The position numbers were made by a program, and so were the translations under genes. Shown piece by piece: positions 1 to 10,186 of a stretch of 64,000 nucleotides of DNA (position 1 is its first letter; the number at the start of each line of letters is the position of its first letter). The notes under the pieces are model-generated. The model did not search any database, was not told the origin of the DNA, and saw nothing but the letters and a program-made list of their open reading frames with translations. The DNA is from an uncultured Gammaproteobacteria bacterium (GTDB taxonomy: Bacteria; Pseudomonadota; Gammaproteobacteria; CAWCPV01): the NCBI GenBank assembly GCA_963797555.1, contig CAWCPV010000017.1, positions 85,161 to 149,160 on the forward strand. Reading direction: 5' to 3'.

Positions 1-194
1 CCAGCTCATTTACCCTCATGGCGGCGACCCTCCATGCAGCAACCGCGCCTGCAGGCAGGCCCGTTTGGTGGTTTTCCCGAAGCTTCTCGTCCCATGCCTA
101 TTACCTCCGTGTCTGGTCCTGCTCCAGGGCAGGAGCCTCAGTTCGCGGAGTCGGCGACCCGACCCCGCAGACGGCAACGGGGGCTCGGAGAACG

Positions 195-695
195 CTATTC
201 CAGAAGTCTGCGGAGTCGAAGGTAGAGGCGGGTGGTAAGGTGCGGCAGTGCCCGGGTAGACAGGGGCGGACAGCGGCGGCCGAACGCCCCCTCGGGCACA
301 GGCGTCGACGGCAAGCTCGGGGCACGCGCGTCGAGCAAGGTCGAGCCGGCATCGCGCGAATCCAACATGGTGGCGGCGGCCGGCACGCGGTCGCAGTGGT
401 GGTGTTCGTCGCTTCCTGGCGGGCTCTCGGCCACCCCTCCGGCTTGGACCGGCACGAAGCGCTGCGATCCGTGGCTAGGGAGCAGAAGCCCCGCGACGCC
501 CTCGCAGCAAGGCCCGAGCGCCAACGTGAGGACCAGCAGCGACCAGCCGACTACGATCCAGCGCGCGAGGACACCGGCTCGCCGGGCAGAAGCCCTTTTC
601 GGGCGCCCTGGGTGGGGCGTGCCTCGCAGAGGCAACGTGCGCTTCTCCGCTCCCAACTCCCCGCTGAGCACTGGGGTGCCGGCGACGCGCAGCAT
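195..695 (-). CDS. Hypothetical membrane-anchored Cys/His-containing protein (leader/CzcI/DUF2946-like character)
   Basis: 3' part of ORF 195..1373: hydrophobic stretch WIVVGWSLLVLTLALG, then CC, DEHHHC and a basic C-terminus RLYLRLRRLLE; lies at the end of a copper cluster. Start codon uncertain. Confidence 0.4.
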   Translation of the reverse strand: MLRVAGTPVLSGELGAEKRTLPLRGTPHPGRPKRASARRAGVLARWIVVGWSLLVLTLALGPCCEGVAGLLLPSHGSQRFVPVQAGGVAESPPGSDEHHHCDRVPAAATMLDSRDAGSTLLDARAPSLPSTPVPEGAFGRRCPPLSTRALPHLTTRLYLRLRRLLE

Positions 696-790
696 GGAGT
701 TATCGCCGGCGGGCAACGACGAGCCACCCGACCCAGCTAATGGGCCGTTCGGTCGTCCCCCGAAAGCGTGCACGGGCATGTAACGATCCC

Positions 791-1295
791 TCAGTGAAGG
801 TGCGCCGGCCTTTGTCCGTGGCCATGCGCATGAGCGCCCGGACCTTCGGTATGGGGTAGGGACATGACGCCGAGACCATGTCGGTACACCAACTCCGCTC
901 CGTGCCACGCAGTGGCGGCCAGAAAACCGACACCGACGACAAGCACCGCGGCCAGCCAGGGACTGGCACCCGCGTTCCTGCGGTACCGCACGAGCGACCA
1001 GGTCGGCGCCGATAAAGAAGATGGCCAGCGTCATCAGGGCGAGGTCGCGGTGCTCCAGCATGACCGCGTGTGCCGCCTCGTCGTGGAGCACCGTGTTGAA
1101 CGCGCGCCAGCCGAGGAAAGCCGTGAGCAGAGTCAACGCCGTCCCGCTCCAGAGGTTCCAGCGGGCCACCGTGAGCCACTGCTCCCTCCAGAGGGGGACC
1201 GCGAGCGCCAGCAGGTAAAACACGGTTCCTGCCGTCAGCAGCCCAATGGTGAAATGGACCAGGATGGGATGCCAGTTGGGAATGATCTCGACCAT
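791..1295 (-). CDS. DUF2231-like membrane protein (one frameshift near 1000)
   Basis: MVEIIPNWHPILVHFTIGLL...HDEAAHAVMLEH continues in ORF 791..991 as TAWHGAELVYRHGLGV with a His-rich tail; HPxxVHF and GxELVYxHGxGV are typical of this family. Confidence 0.72.
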
Positions 1296-1332
1296 AGCAC
1301 TGCCTCCCGTAACTGCCGCCAGTCGGTGTGGT

Positions 1333-2670
1333 CTACGCGGACCGGATCCCGTCCCGCTGCAGGTCCTCGGCACTCGCCAGATCCGCGACCGTGCCCGGCG
1401 GGTGCCGGTACCAGCCAGGATCCTCGTAGCTCCTCAGGTGCTCGCGCACCTTGAGCACCGTGAACATCCCGCCCATGTCGATATACCCGAAGGGCCCCGG
1501 CATCCCGAGCATGGGGATGCTGTTCTCCGGAACGGCCATCCTCATTTGGACCATCTCGCCCATCCCGGCCTCTCCCATCGTCATGTAACCCGGCAGCAGC
1601 GGCTGGACCCGACGGTCGATGTCCTGCGCCTTCACTCCCACCATGTTGGGGACCCCGTGGCCCATCTGGTTCATGGTGTGATGGGTCATGTGGCAGTGGA
1701 GCGCCCAGTCCCCCGGCGCGTCGGCGATGAATTCGATCTCTCGAGTCTGGCCCACCCCGACCAGCACGGTTGCTTCAGGCCATTGGGCAGACGCTGGGAT
1801 ACGCTCGCCGTCGGTCCCCACGACCCTGAAGCGGTGGCCGTGCAGGTGGATGGGGTGGTGGTCCATGGCGGACAGATTGCCGATGCGGATGCGCACCCGG
1901 TCGTTCAGCCGCGCCACGAGCGGTTCCGTGCCCGGGAAGGCGCGGCCGTTCATGGTGAGGAGGTTGAAGTCCGTCATCTCGTTGGGGTTCGGGCGGGAGG
2001 TCCCGGGGTCGATGCGCCACTCCGAGAGCAGCAGGCAAAAGTCCCGGTCCACCCGCTCGTCGGGCGTCGGAAGCCGCGGGTGGATGACGAACATCCCCAG
2101 CAGCCCCAAACCCTCCTGGGTCATGCTGTCGTGATGGGAGTGGTACATGAAGGTGCCGCTCTGGCGCAGCGTCCACTCGTACCGGAAGGTCTTGCCCGGC
2201 GGGATGGGGCGCTGGGTGAGACCGCTCACTCCGTCCATGCCGCTCGGCAGGTACATGCCGTGCCAGTGCACGGTGGTGGGCGCGGGCAGCCTGTTGGTGA
2301 CGTAAATACGCACCCGCTCGCCCTGGACCGCCTCGATGACGGAGGCGTTCACACGGCCGCTGTAGCCCCAGCTCTTGGCCCTGAGACCCGGGGCAAATTC
2401 ATGGTCGAGCGGCTCGGCCATGAGATGGAACACCTTCACGCCGTCGACGACCTTGAAGGGCAGCGCGGCCCCGTTCGGAACGACCACCGGCTGGTAATCT
2501 TTCCCTGGCAGGCCCGGAGGCAGTGGCGGCACGTCCACTGGGCCGCCGCTGTACGAGGCGTCCCAGCCGCGGCTAGGCTCTTGCGCCGGGGCGGCCTCGG
2601 GGACCAGCGCGGAGCCGCCCACCAGGGCGGCGGCTGCGGACTTGAACAGATCGCGTCGCGTGAAATTCAT
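1333..2670 (-). CDS. Multicopper oxidase (copper resistance), Tat-exported
   Basis: Start MNFTRRDLFK (twin-arginine signal); copper motifs HWHG, MYHSH, HPIHLHGH and HCHMTHH; Met-rich C-terminal region. Confidence 0.93.
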   Translation of the reverse strand: MNFTRRDLFKSAAAALVGGSALVPEAAPAQEPSRGWDASYSGGPVDVPPLPPGLPGKDYQPVVVPNGAALPFKVVDGVKVFHLMAEPLDHEFAPGLRAKSWGYSGRVNASVIEAVQGERVRIYVTNRLPAPTTVHWHGMYLPSGMDGVSGLTQRPIPPGKTFRYEWTLRQSGTFMYHSHHDSMTQEGLGLLGMFVIHPRLPTPDERVDRDFCLLLSEWRIDPGTSRPNPNEMTDFNLLTMNGRAFPGTEPLVARLNDRVRIRIGNLSAMDHHPIHLHGHRFRVVGTDGERIPASAQWPEATVLVGVGQTREIEFIADAPGDWALHCHMTHHTMNQMGHGVPNMVGVKAQDIDRRVQPLLPGYMTMGEAGMGEMVQMRMAVPENSIPMLGMPGPFGYIDMGGMFTVLKVREHLRSYEDPGWYRHPPGTVADLASAEDLQRDGIRSA

Positions 2671-2672
2671 GG

Positions 2673-4085
2673 TCAGTGTCCTCCGGCGCCGAGATCGATC
2701 ATTTGGGCACCGCCGGCTACAGGTCCGGCGGAGGCGGTGACGCGCGGCTCGACCAGCAGCCCGTTCAGGATCTCCTCGGCGCGGGCGTGGGCCAGCCAGT
2801 AATCCCGCAGCGCCCCGATGTAGCGCTGCCCGGTCAGGATCTGCTGCTGCTGCGCCAGCAGTAGCTCGAAGACCCCCATCTGCATGGCGTTGTACTCGAG
2901 CTGGCTCCCGGCCGTGATGCGCTCCCGCAGCGGCAGGAGCACTTCGCGCAGGTGGCGCTCCCGCGCCGCTCCGTTCTGGAGCGCAACGGCAGCGGAGCGC
3001 GCAGCCGAGCGCACCCGGACCGCGGTGTCGAGGTAGCGATCTCGGAGCTGCGCCAGCTCGCCGCGCACCCTGGCGCGCCTGGCCTGCCCGAAGTCGAAGA
3101 GGGGCAGGGGTAGCCCGACGCTTCCACCGTAACGCCAGTGCCCTTCGTCCCGCTCCGAGCGCGGGCCCACCTCCAAGTCTGGAACCACCGAGGCAAGGTT
3201 GGTCAAGCCGACCCGCGCGGCCGCCCCCTGCATCTGCAGTTGCAGCATGGCGAGATCTAGGCTGCGGGCCACGGCTCGCTTCTCGACCTGTTGCAGATCG
3301 AGCGGCTCCGGAGGCACCGGCGGCAGGTGCGGCGCCATGCGCCACTGCGTCTGTTCCCCCCACAGCCCCATCAGTGCATTGAGCCGCTCACGGCTCACTT
3401 GCGCGGCCTCCTCGGCGTCCGCCAGCATCAGTCGGGACTGTTCGTACAGGACCTGCTCCTGATCCAAGGCGAGATGCGTAATGTTGCCCGCTTGCCGCAG
3501 GCGCTCCGCGGCCTGCCGGGCCGCATCGGTTGCCTGCACCACCTGGCGCATCAGCTCCACGGTCTGCTGGTCGGCCTGCGCCTCGTAGAACGCGCGCCTC
3601 ACCTCCCCCGCCAAATCCATGACCCGAGCGGTCACGCGCAGCTTGGCGGCCTCGAAGTCCTTCGCGGCCGCCTGCCTGCGCAGCGGCATGGTGAACAGGC
3701 CGAGGAAATCCCAGGCCACCGCGAAGTCCAGGTTGGGAGGCGCCCCGTTCTGGTTCTTGAGAATGGCCGCCTCGAACACGGGGTTGCGCAGCAGGCCGGC
3801 CTGGACTAGGTCGGCCTGGGCTATTCCCAGCTCCTCGTAGACCGCCTGTAGACGCGGGTTATTGAGGAGGGCGACCTGCACCGCGCCGTCGGCGGTCATC
3901 TCCTCCTTCAGCATCACGGCCACGCTCTGGGCCACTGCCTGGTCCTCCGATCCGCCGTGGCGCCAGTGGATACGCTTGCCGACGCGCTCCCGAACGGAGG
4001 TGCCCACCTGGTCGAATCCAGCCCGGGGGTCGACAGTGGTGCAGCCGGAAAGCACTACCAGGACTGCGGCGAACACCTTGATCAT
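2673..4085 (-). CDS. TolC-family outer membrane efflux protein
   Basis: Lipoprotein signal (VLVVLSGC), ALLNNPRLQA, LPLPLFDFGQ, helical repeats; directly upstream of the oxidase. Confidence 0.9.
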   Translation of the reverse strand: MIKVFAAVLVVLSGCTTVDPRAGFDQVGTSVRERVGKRIHWRHGGSEDQAVAQSVAVMLKEEMTADGAVQVALLNNPRLQAVYEELGIAQADLVQAGLLRNPVFEAAILKNQNGAPPNLDFAVAWDFLGLFTMPLRRQAAAKDFEAAKLRVTARVMDLAGEVRRAFYEAQADQQTVELMRQVVQATDAARQAAERLRQAGNITHLALDQEQVLYEQSRLMLADAEEAAQVSRERLNALMGLWGEQTQWRMAPHLPPVPPEPLDLQQVEKRAVARSLDLAMLQLQMQGAAARVGLTNLASVVPDLEVGPRSERDEGHWRYGGSVGLPLPLFDFGQARRARVRGELAQLRDRYLDTAVRVRSAARSAAVALQNGAARERHLREVLLPLRERITAGSQLEYNAMQMGVFELLLAQQQQILTGQRYIGALRDYWLAHARAEEILNGLLVEPRVTASAGPVAGGAQMIDLGAGGH

Positions 4086-4295
4086 ACCGCGGACCGCCAA
4101 TTTGTCAGGCGGCGGATTCGTCCGTATTGAGTGCGGAGACGACCTCACCGCGGGAGTTTGCATGCCACGGTACGGATACGGTGCCAGTCGTTATGCTCAG
4201 GCTTCGGTAACATTGAAACGGCCGCGGGACTGCGCCAGGCACATCGCACTCAGCGAGAAGACGGCGCCCAGAGAGTCTATAAGGAGTCCGAATCG

Positions 4296-7200
4296 TCATT
4301 CCGCGGTGGATGGGCTCCGTGTGGTGCGATGCCCTGTGAGTTCCAGGAACTCGTTTCCCGACTCGGTAGCCTCGAATCGCCCATATCGCAGCGCGAGCGT
4401 CGGCAGGACGAGGAGGTTGAGTGCCAGTGAGGTTAGGAGCCCGCCGAGAATGACCAGCGCCATTGGCCCCTCGATCTCGCGCCCCGGTGCGTCCATGCCG
4501 ATCGCGAGCGGCAGCACAGCAAGCGCCGTCACGAGCGAGGTCATGAGGATCGGCGCAAGCCGGTCGGCGGCGCCGCGGATCGCTGCCTCGGGCCCCCACC
4601 GCATCCCCTCTTCCACGGTCAGGTGCTCATAGTGCGAGATCATCAGGATGGAGTTTCTCAGGGTAATGCCGAACAGCGTAACGAAACCCACCATAGACCC
4701 CAAGGACAAGACACCGCCGAGAGCAAATACCGCCAACACGCCACCCGTTAGCGCAAAAGGCAGGTTCGCCAGGACGAGGAGCAAGTTGCGCCAGTTGCGA
4801 GTGACGATCGACAGCAGCATCACAACGCCGACGCCGGCGATCAACCCGTTTATCAGCAGGTCACGCTGTGCCCGCGCCTGGCCCTGCGCCGCACCGGCGA
4901 ATTGTATATACGTCCCGGCGGGTAGCGAAACCTTTGCGGCGAGCTGCGCCTGCGCCTGCTGCACGAAGGACGCCACGTTGCCGCCAGCCACATCCGCGGT
5001 CACTGTTTGGACGCGCTGTGCCCCTATGCGCATCACCTGGTAACGTCCGGCGGCCTCGTAAATGTCGGCGATCTGCTTGAGCAGAACGTAGGTGCCGCCC
5101 GGACTGCGCAACGGCAGATCGCCGACTTTCGTGATGCTGTTTCGACTGGCGTTGTCGAGCAGGGTGATGACGTTGAAGACCTGGTTGCCTTGATAACCCT
5201 GGCCCACAATGTCGCCCTGATAGGCCGCGCGGATCAGATCGAGCACCTCGACGGAGTCGAACCCCCAACGCTCGAGGTCAGGCTTGCGCAACCGGATCGT
5301 CAGTTGCGGCAGCCCAGGCGGCGACTGGACCTGAACTTCCGTCGCGCCCGGAACTTCACCAAGAACCCGGGCCACTTCCTGCCCCTTCTGATCGAGGGCA
5401 TCGAGATCGTTGCCGAAGATATTGACCGCCACCTGAGCGGTATATCCTGAGAGGGTCTCTTCGATCCGTTCAGTCAGGAAGGTCTTGACCGAAAAGTTCA
5501 CCCCGACGAAGCCCGCCAGCGCCTTGCGAATATCCGCTTGGGCCGCTTCGGCCTCGTCCCCCGATAGGCCTGGCTTGAGATCCACCTCGAATTCGCTGTA
5601 CTGCGTGCCGAAGGTGTCAGTGGCGAGTTCTGCTCTCCCGACCCGTTGCGCCACCGATCGCACGGCAGGCACTTTCAGGAGCGCGTCGGTTACACGTCTG
5701 CCCGTGCGCAGCGACTGCTCGATGGAGGTGCCGGGCACCATCGACATATGGATAATGAAATGCCCCTCCTTGATCTCGGGCAGAAAACTGCCGCTGAAGA
5801 AAGGCAGCGCCGCACATCCGAGAACGGTCAGCCCCACGGCCGCAGCCATGGTCGCCCGAGGCCGTCGCTCAATGCCGCGCAGCAGGGACGCGTACCGAGC
5901 TTTGGTCCAGCGCACAACGGGCGGTTCCTGGGGCTCAAGACCACGAACCAGGAGCACTACCGACAACGCCGGCGTCACTGTGAGCGCGACGAGTAGCAAC
6001 GTCAAGACTGCGAGGATGTAAGCGATCCCGAGGGACCCAAAGAGCCGGCCGGCGACGCCGGATAGTGCCATGATCGGCAACACCACCAGGATGACGGCAA
6101 AAGTGGCATAGACGACGGCCCCCCGGACTTCGAAGGAGGCGTCGAGCACCACGCGCTCGGCCGGCCGCGGCTGAGGCAGATGCCGGTTCTCTCGTAGTCG
6201 TCGCGTGATATTCTCGATGCCGATCACGGCGTCATCGACCACTACACCGAGCGCGATCGCGAGTCCGCCCAAGGTCATGGTGTTCAGCGTCGCGCCGAAA
6301 TGCTCAAGGACAATGATGGCGGCAAGCAGCGACAGCGGAATGGCAGCGACGCTGATCGCCGCAGTTCGGAAGTTGGACAGGAACAGGAAAAGGACGACAG
6401 TTACCAGTATCCCGCCCACGAAAAGCGAGGAGCGGACATTGCCAGTAGCGGTGTCGATGAAGCTGGCAGGACGGAACAGATCGGCATGCAGAGTCACACC
6501 CTCTTTCTGCAGCCCGGGCTGAAGATCCCTGAGCGCGGCTTCGACCGCCTTCGTCACCTCGACAGTGTTGGCGCCATACTGTTCCTCCACATTGAGGACC
6601 ACTCCGGTTTGGCCCATGATGGCCGCACCGCCGATGGCCGGCTCCGGCGCCTCGACAACGTCAGCCACGTTCCCCAACGTGACGCTCGCCGCCCCCTCGG
6701 TCAGCAGCACAGTGTGCGCGACGTCGTCGGGCATAAGGGACTGCCCCTCGCTCTGGAAGACGATCCGCTGGTTTTGGGTGTCGATGAAACCGGCGCCGCG
6801 CACGCCGGTTGCTCGCTGGGCCGCCGCCAGGACATCGTTGAGGGTGAGGCCGTGGCGGATGAGCTGGTCCGGATGGACCTGGACCTGGATCGACTTCACA
6901 TCGCCGCCAAACACCGAGACATTGGCCACCCCCGGGACAGCGAGAAGCCGGAGACGTAGCGTCCAATCGGCAATCGTCCGTAGGTCCATCAGCGACTGCT
7001 GTTGCGACGTGATGCCCGCCACCAATACCACGCTCGTGGAGGAGGTGAGCGGCGTCATCGTTGGCGGTTTCGCACCCTGCGGTAGCTCACCCGCAGCCGT
7101 GGCCAGACGCTCGGCGACGACTTGCCGGTCGCGGTAGATGTCACTTGATGAACTAAAGAAGACCGTGACGACCGAGAGGCCCTGGATCGAGATGGAGCGA

Positions 7201-7466
7201 AGCGTTTGCACGCCCGGCACACCGTTGATAGCATTCTCGATGGGCTGAGTGACGAGGATCTCGACCTGTTGCGGCGTGAGCCCCGGCGCCTCGGTCTGAA
7301 TGCCCACCTGCGGCGGCGCGAATTCGGGGAATACGTCGTATCTCGCTCGCTGCAGAGCATAGACGCCGTAGCCCAGGAGGACGCAGGCCAGCGCGATGAT
7401 CATGCCGCGGAAGCGGATCGAGAAGCGGATTATGGCCCCTTGAGGCCCGGACGGGACGGGAGGCAT
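4296..7466 (-). CDS. CusA/CzcA-family heavy-metal RND permease
   Basis: DVFPEFAPPQV, NTMTLGGLAIALGVVVDDA, RLAPILMT, GREIEGPMALVILGGL; about 1056 aa. Confidence 0.93.
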   Translation of the reverse strand: MPPVPSGPQGAIIRFSIRFRGMIIALACVLLGYGVYALQRARYDVFPEFAPPQVGIQTEAPGLTPQQVEILVTQPIENAINGVPGVQTLRSISIQGLSVVTVFFSSSSDIYRDRQVVAERLATAAGELPQGAKPPTMTPLTSSTSVVLVAGITSQQQSLMDLRTIADWTLRLRLLAVPGVANVSVFGGDVKSIQVQVHPDQLIRHGLTLNDVLAAAQRATGVRGAGFIDTQNQRIVFQSEGQSLMPDDVAHTVLLTEGAASVTLGNVADVVEAPEPAIGGAAIMGQTGVVLNVEEQYGANTVEVTKAVEAALRDLQPGLQKEGVTLHADLFRPASFIDTATGNVRSSLFVGGILVTVVLFLFLSNFRTAAISVAAIPLSLLAAIIVLEHFGATLNTMTLGGLAIALGVVVDDAVIGIENITRRLRENRHLPQPRPAERVVLDASFEVRGAVVYATFAVILVVLPIMALSGVAGRLFGSLGIAYILAVLTLLLVALTVTPALSVVLLVRGLEPQEPPVVRWTKARYASLLRGIERRPRATMAAAVGLTVLGCAALPFFSGSFLPEIKEGHFIIHMSMVPGTSIEQSLRTGRRVTDALLKVPAVRSVAQRVGRAELATDTFGTQYSEFEVDLKPGLSGDEAEAAQADIRKALAGFVGVNFSVKTFLTERIEETLSGYTAQVAVNIFGNDLDALDQKGQEVARVLGEVPGATEVQVQSPPGLPQLTIRLRKPDLERWGFDSVEVLDLIRAAYQGDIVGQGYQGNQVFNVITLLDNASRNSITKVGDLPLRSPGGTYVLLKQIADIYEAAGRYQVMRIGAQRVQTVTADVAGGNVASFVQQAQAQLAAKVSLPAGTYIQFAGAAQGQARAQRDLLINGLIAGVGVVMLLSIVTRNWRNLLLVLANLPFALTGGVLAVFALGGVLSLGSMVGFVTLFGITLRNSILMISHYEHLTVEEGMRWGPEAAIRGAADRLAPILMTSLVTALAVLPLAIGMDAPGREIEGPMALVILGGLLTSLALNLLVLPTLALRYGRFEATESGNEFLELTGHRTTRSPSTAE

Positions 7467-7468
7467 GG

Positions 7469-8596
7469 CTAGTCCTGACCGACCTGGAATTGCGCCCGGA
7501 ACTCTTCCGACAGCAGCGCCTGGGCACCCTGCGTGACAAGCTGGGTTTTGCTGGGCAATCCCTTGATAACGTAACCGCCATCCGGCGTCGGCAGGTCGGT
7601 CGCGATCTCGCGGCGCGTGAAAGTCTGCGGGCCGGTGCGAAGATAGACCCATGCCTTGCCTTGCACCCACACGACCGCCGATTGGGGCACCATCCCTGCG
7701 GCGACAGGCGTCCCGTCCGGCAGGAACGCCAGCACGTTGAGCCCCGGCAGCAAACCGCTCTCGGCCGGCGCGATGTAGAAGAAGCTCAGCCCCTGGATTT
7801 TGGGATCGGTCTTGGTCGCCGCCGAGACGTATTTGAGTCGGACCCTACGAGCATTGCCAAGTTGGGCCGAGGCGATCTCGGGCACCTTCTCGATGAAGAC
7901 GCCAGGCGGCAAGGTCACCTGGACAACGAAATCCTGTCGCTCGATGAGCCGGGTGACCATCGGCAACTCGGCCACAAGCGCCTGTCCGAACACCGGTCCC
8001 CAGTTCTGCTCGGCCGTCGCGGCCAAGGTTCGCAACTGGGACTGGGCCGATGCGAGGGCCGCACGGTCGGCGCGGTACGTCGCCTCGGCTGCCTGCAACT
8101 GCGCGGCCGACATGTTCTGCTGGTCCTCGTAAAGCCTTCGCGCCCGTTCGAAGGCGCCCTGCGAGGCTGCAAGCTTCGCCTGGACCGCCTGCAACTGCGC
8201 CTTCGCGTTCACATAGTTGTTGCTGAGGTCGGTAAACTGTTGGAGATCGAGAACTGTGCCATACGCGCGGATTTGCTGCTGATACGGCGCGCGCTGCAGG
8301 ATCGTCGTCTCGACGCCGCTTTGTTGCTGCGCGGCGCGATCGAGCGTAATCACCGACGCACCGTTCTCTGTCGAAACCCGGAGGGGCACCTTGACCGGAC
8401 TCTCCCGCTCGGCCTCGAGCGCCGCCTGTTTTCGGCCGGCGCTAAATCCCCAGATGACAAGAGCGCCAAGGCCAAGAACGATGACCACGGCAACGGCGAT
8501 GCGGAGAAGCGTGGTACCTCGGATCGAATGTCGATGGCTCACGAAGACGGCTCCGAAGGGGCGAGGCGGGGGCTCTGTTCCGGTACGGTGGGCCAC
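7469..8596 (-). CDS. RND efflux periplasmic adaptor (MFP)
   Basis: N-terminal TM, coiled-coil hairpin, VPQSAVVWVQGKAWVY and VTQGAQALLSEEF; sits between TolC and the RND permease. True start may be the GTG near 8545. Confidence 0.82.
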   Translation of the reverse strand: MAHRTGTEPPPRPFGAVFVSHRHSIRGTTLLRIAVAVVIVLGLGALVIWGFSAGRKQAALEAERESPVKVPLRVSTENGASVITLDRAAQQQSGVETTILQRAPYQQQIRAYGTVLDLQQFTDLSNNYVNAKAQLQAVQAKLAASQGAFERARRLYEDQQNMSAAQLQAAEATYRADRAALASAQSQLRTLAATAEQNWGPVFGQALVAELPMVTRLIERQDFVVQVTLPPGVFIEKVPEIASAQLGNARRVRLKYVSAATKTDPKIQGLSFFYIAPAESGLLPGLNVLAFLPDGTPVAAGMVPQSAVVWVQGKAWVYLRTGPQTFTRREIATDLPTPDGGYVIKGLPSKTQLVTQGAQALLSEEFRAQFQVGQD

Positions 8597-9987
8597 CGCC
8601 CCGGATCGAACAGCGGTTGCTGAAGACCATCCTCCAGGGCACCAAGAGCCTGACGCTGCTGCACCACCGCATCGAATCGAGAGAATGCGGTTGCGGCGAC
8701 TTCGAGTTCCGTCGTCACGAGCGTCGGCCGGTCGACTTGGCCGACACGAAACGAGATTTCCACTCGGCGCTCGCGGCGCTCCTCGTCGGCCAGCAGCGCA
8801 TCGCCCGTCGCGACGCTTTGGTTCGCCGCACGATACGCGGTCGCCGCCTGGTCGATGGCGCCGATGATTTGCGCCTGAAGGGCGGTAAAATTGGCCGCCG
8901 CCTGCTGCCGATTGGCGAGCGCCTGGGCGATCGAGCCCTGGTTGTGGTGGAAAATCGGAAGATCAGCACCGAGCCCGAGCATGTACTTGTTGACGCCGAA
9001 GTCGTAGTCATAGCCCGGCCCCAGCGTGACGTTCGGATACTGATTGGCGACCTCGATCCGCAGCGCCGATTGCGCCGCCTCATATTCCTGGAGGCTCGCT
9101 TGCACGTCGGTGCGCTTCGTCAGGGCCTTGCGGCGCAACTCACCAATGGCGCGGGTCGCGGTCGTAGGCGGCGGTTGATCGAAGGCGCTGAGCGACACGT
9201 CCCCGCCTTCGAGCGCGTGGACCGGAATGCCGATGGCGGTTGCGAGCTGCACTCGTGCATCGGCCGAGGCGCGTTCGAGATCGCGGATGGCGAAAGTGAT
9301 TTGGGCCCGGTTGATGCGCTCGCGCGAGACATCGAGAGACGACGCCTCCCCCATGGCAAACCGCCGTTCGAGAAGGCCAACCAGTTGGTCTTGGAGATCG
9401 AGTCGCCGATGGGTCAACGCCAATCGCTCCCGAGCCGCCCAGAGGTCAAGGAGTGCCGCGCGGACGCGCCGGCGCACTTGCCAGCCGGCCGTCGCAAGAG
9501 CCCACCGCGCCGACTCCGCGAGATGTTCGGCTTGCGCTGTGCGGTATTTGCGCTTTCCAAAGGTTTCGAGGACGAAGTCAATCACCGGGCCGACCGTGAT
9601 CGGTGCGGCGCCTGCTGGGGTGGCGGCGCCGACCACAGCGGCTTGGCCGAACACATTCGTGAGGCTGAGCGCGGGGTTCGGGCGCTCGCGTGCAGTGATG
9701 ACGCCAGCCTCGGCACCGGCCAGTTTGGCGCGGGCGATGTCGAGATCGGGATGGAAGTAAAGCGCTGCCAGGCTGAGCGTACTGAGATCCCAGAGGCCGG
9801 CGTGCACCGGCTCCCCTGAGAGCGAGAGGCTCGCTTCGATGAACTCCTGCAAGCGCCGATCGTGGAGCGTGCGTGCATCGAGCGCGCGGGCGTTCGCAGC
9901 AGCAGAAATGGGCTGCGCTTGATAAACGGCGCAAGCTGGAAGCACTCCAAGCGCGAGCAAAATGCTCGCGCGATAAACAGGCCGCAT
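8539..9987 (-). CDS. TolC-family outer membrane efflux protein
   Basis: Lipobox LGVLPAC, ALYFHPDLDIARA, NQYPNVTLGPGY and LPIFHHNQG. Confidence 0.88.
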   Translation of the reverse strand: MRPVYRASILLALGVLPACAVYQAQPISAAANARALDARTLHDRRLQEFIEASLSLSGEPVHAGLWDLSTLSLAALYFHPDLDIARAKLAGAEAGVITARERPNPALSLTNVFGQAAVVGAATPAGAAPITVGPVIDFVLETFGKRKYRTAQAEHLAESARWALATAGWQVRRRVRAALLDLWAARERLALTHRRLDLQDQLVGLLERRFAMGEASSLDVSRERINRAQITFAIRDLERASADARVQLATAIGIPVHALEGGDVSLSAFDQPPPTTATRAIGELRRKALTKRTDVQASLQEYEAAQSALRIEVANQYPNVTLGPGYDYDFGVNKYMLGLGADLPIFHHNQGSIAQALANRQQAAANFTALQAQIIGAIDQAATAYRAANQSVATGDALLADEERRERRVEISFRVGQVDRPTLVTTELEVAATAFSRFDAVVQQRQALGALEDGLQQPLFDPGRWPTVPEQSPRLAPSEPSS

Positions 9988-10122
9988 GCGGACCCCATCG
10001 TCAGAGCAACGTAGAATCAGGCTGGGCGCTCGCAAACACCCATTCTCTCAGAGACAGGGCGGAGATAACCCTCCTGAATCGCTGCAACTGCTTCAAACCG
10101 TCGGCTCTAGTTACGCTCGATT

Positions 10123-10186
10123 TACCCACAAATTCGGCTCCTCGGCAGAATTTGTGGGTAGAGCCACAAATTCTGCCGAGGAGCCG
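10123..10186. repeat. Perfect 23-bp inverted repeat with an overlapping 13-bp inverted repeat (probable ISL3-type end remnant/MITE)
   Basis: cggctcctcggcagaatttgtgg (10135-10157), 6-nt loop, ccacaaattctgccgaggagccg (10164-10186); also tacccacaaattc (10123-10135) pairing with gaatttgtgggta (10148-10160). Confidence 0.8.

Noticed and set aside
195-1373. 392-aa single ORF
   Set aside because: A frameshift joins the DUF2231 N-terminus to unrelated downstream sequence.
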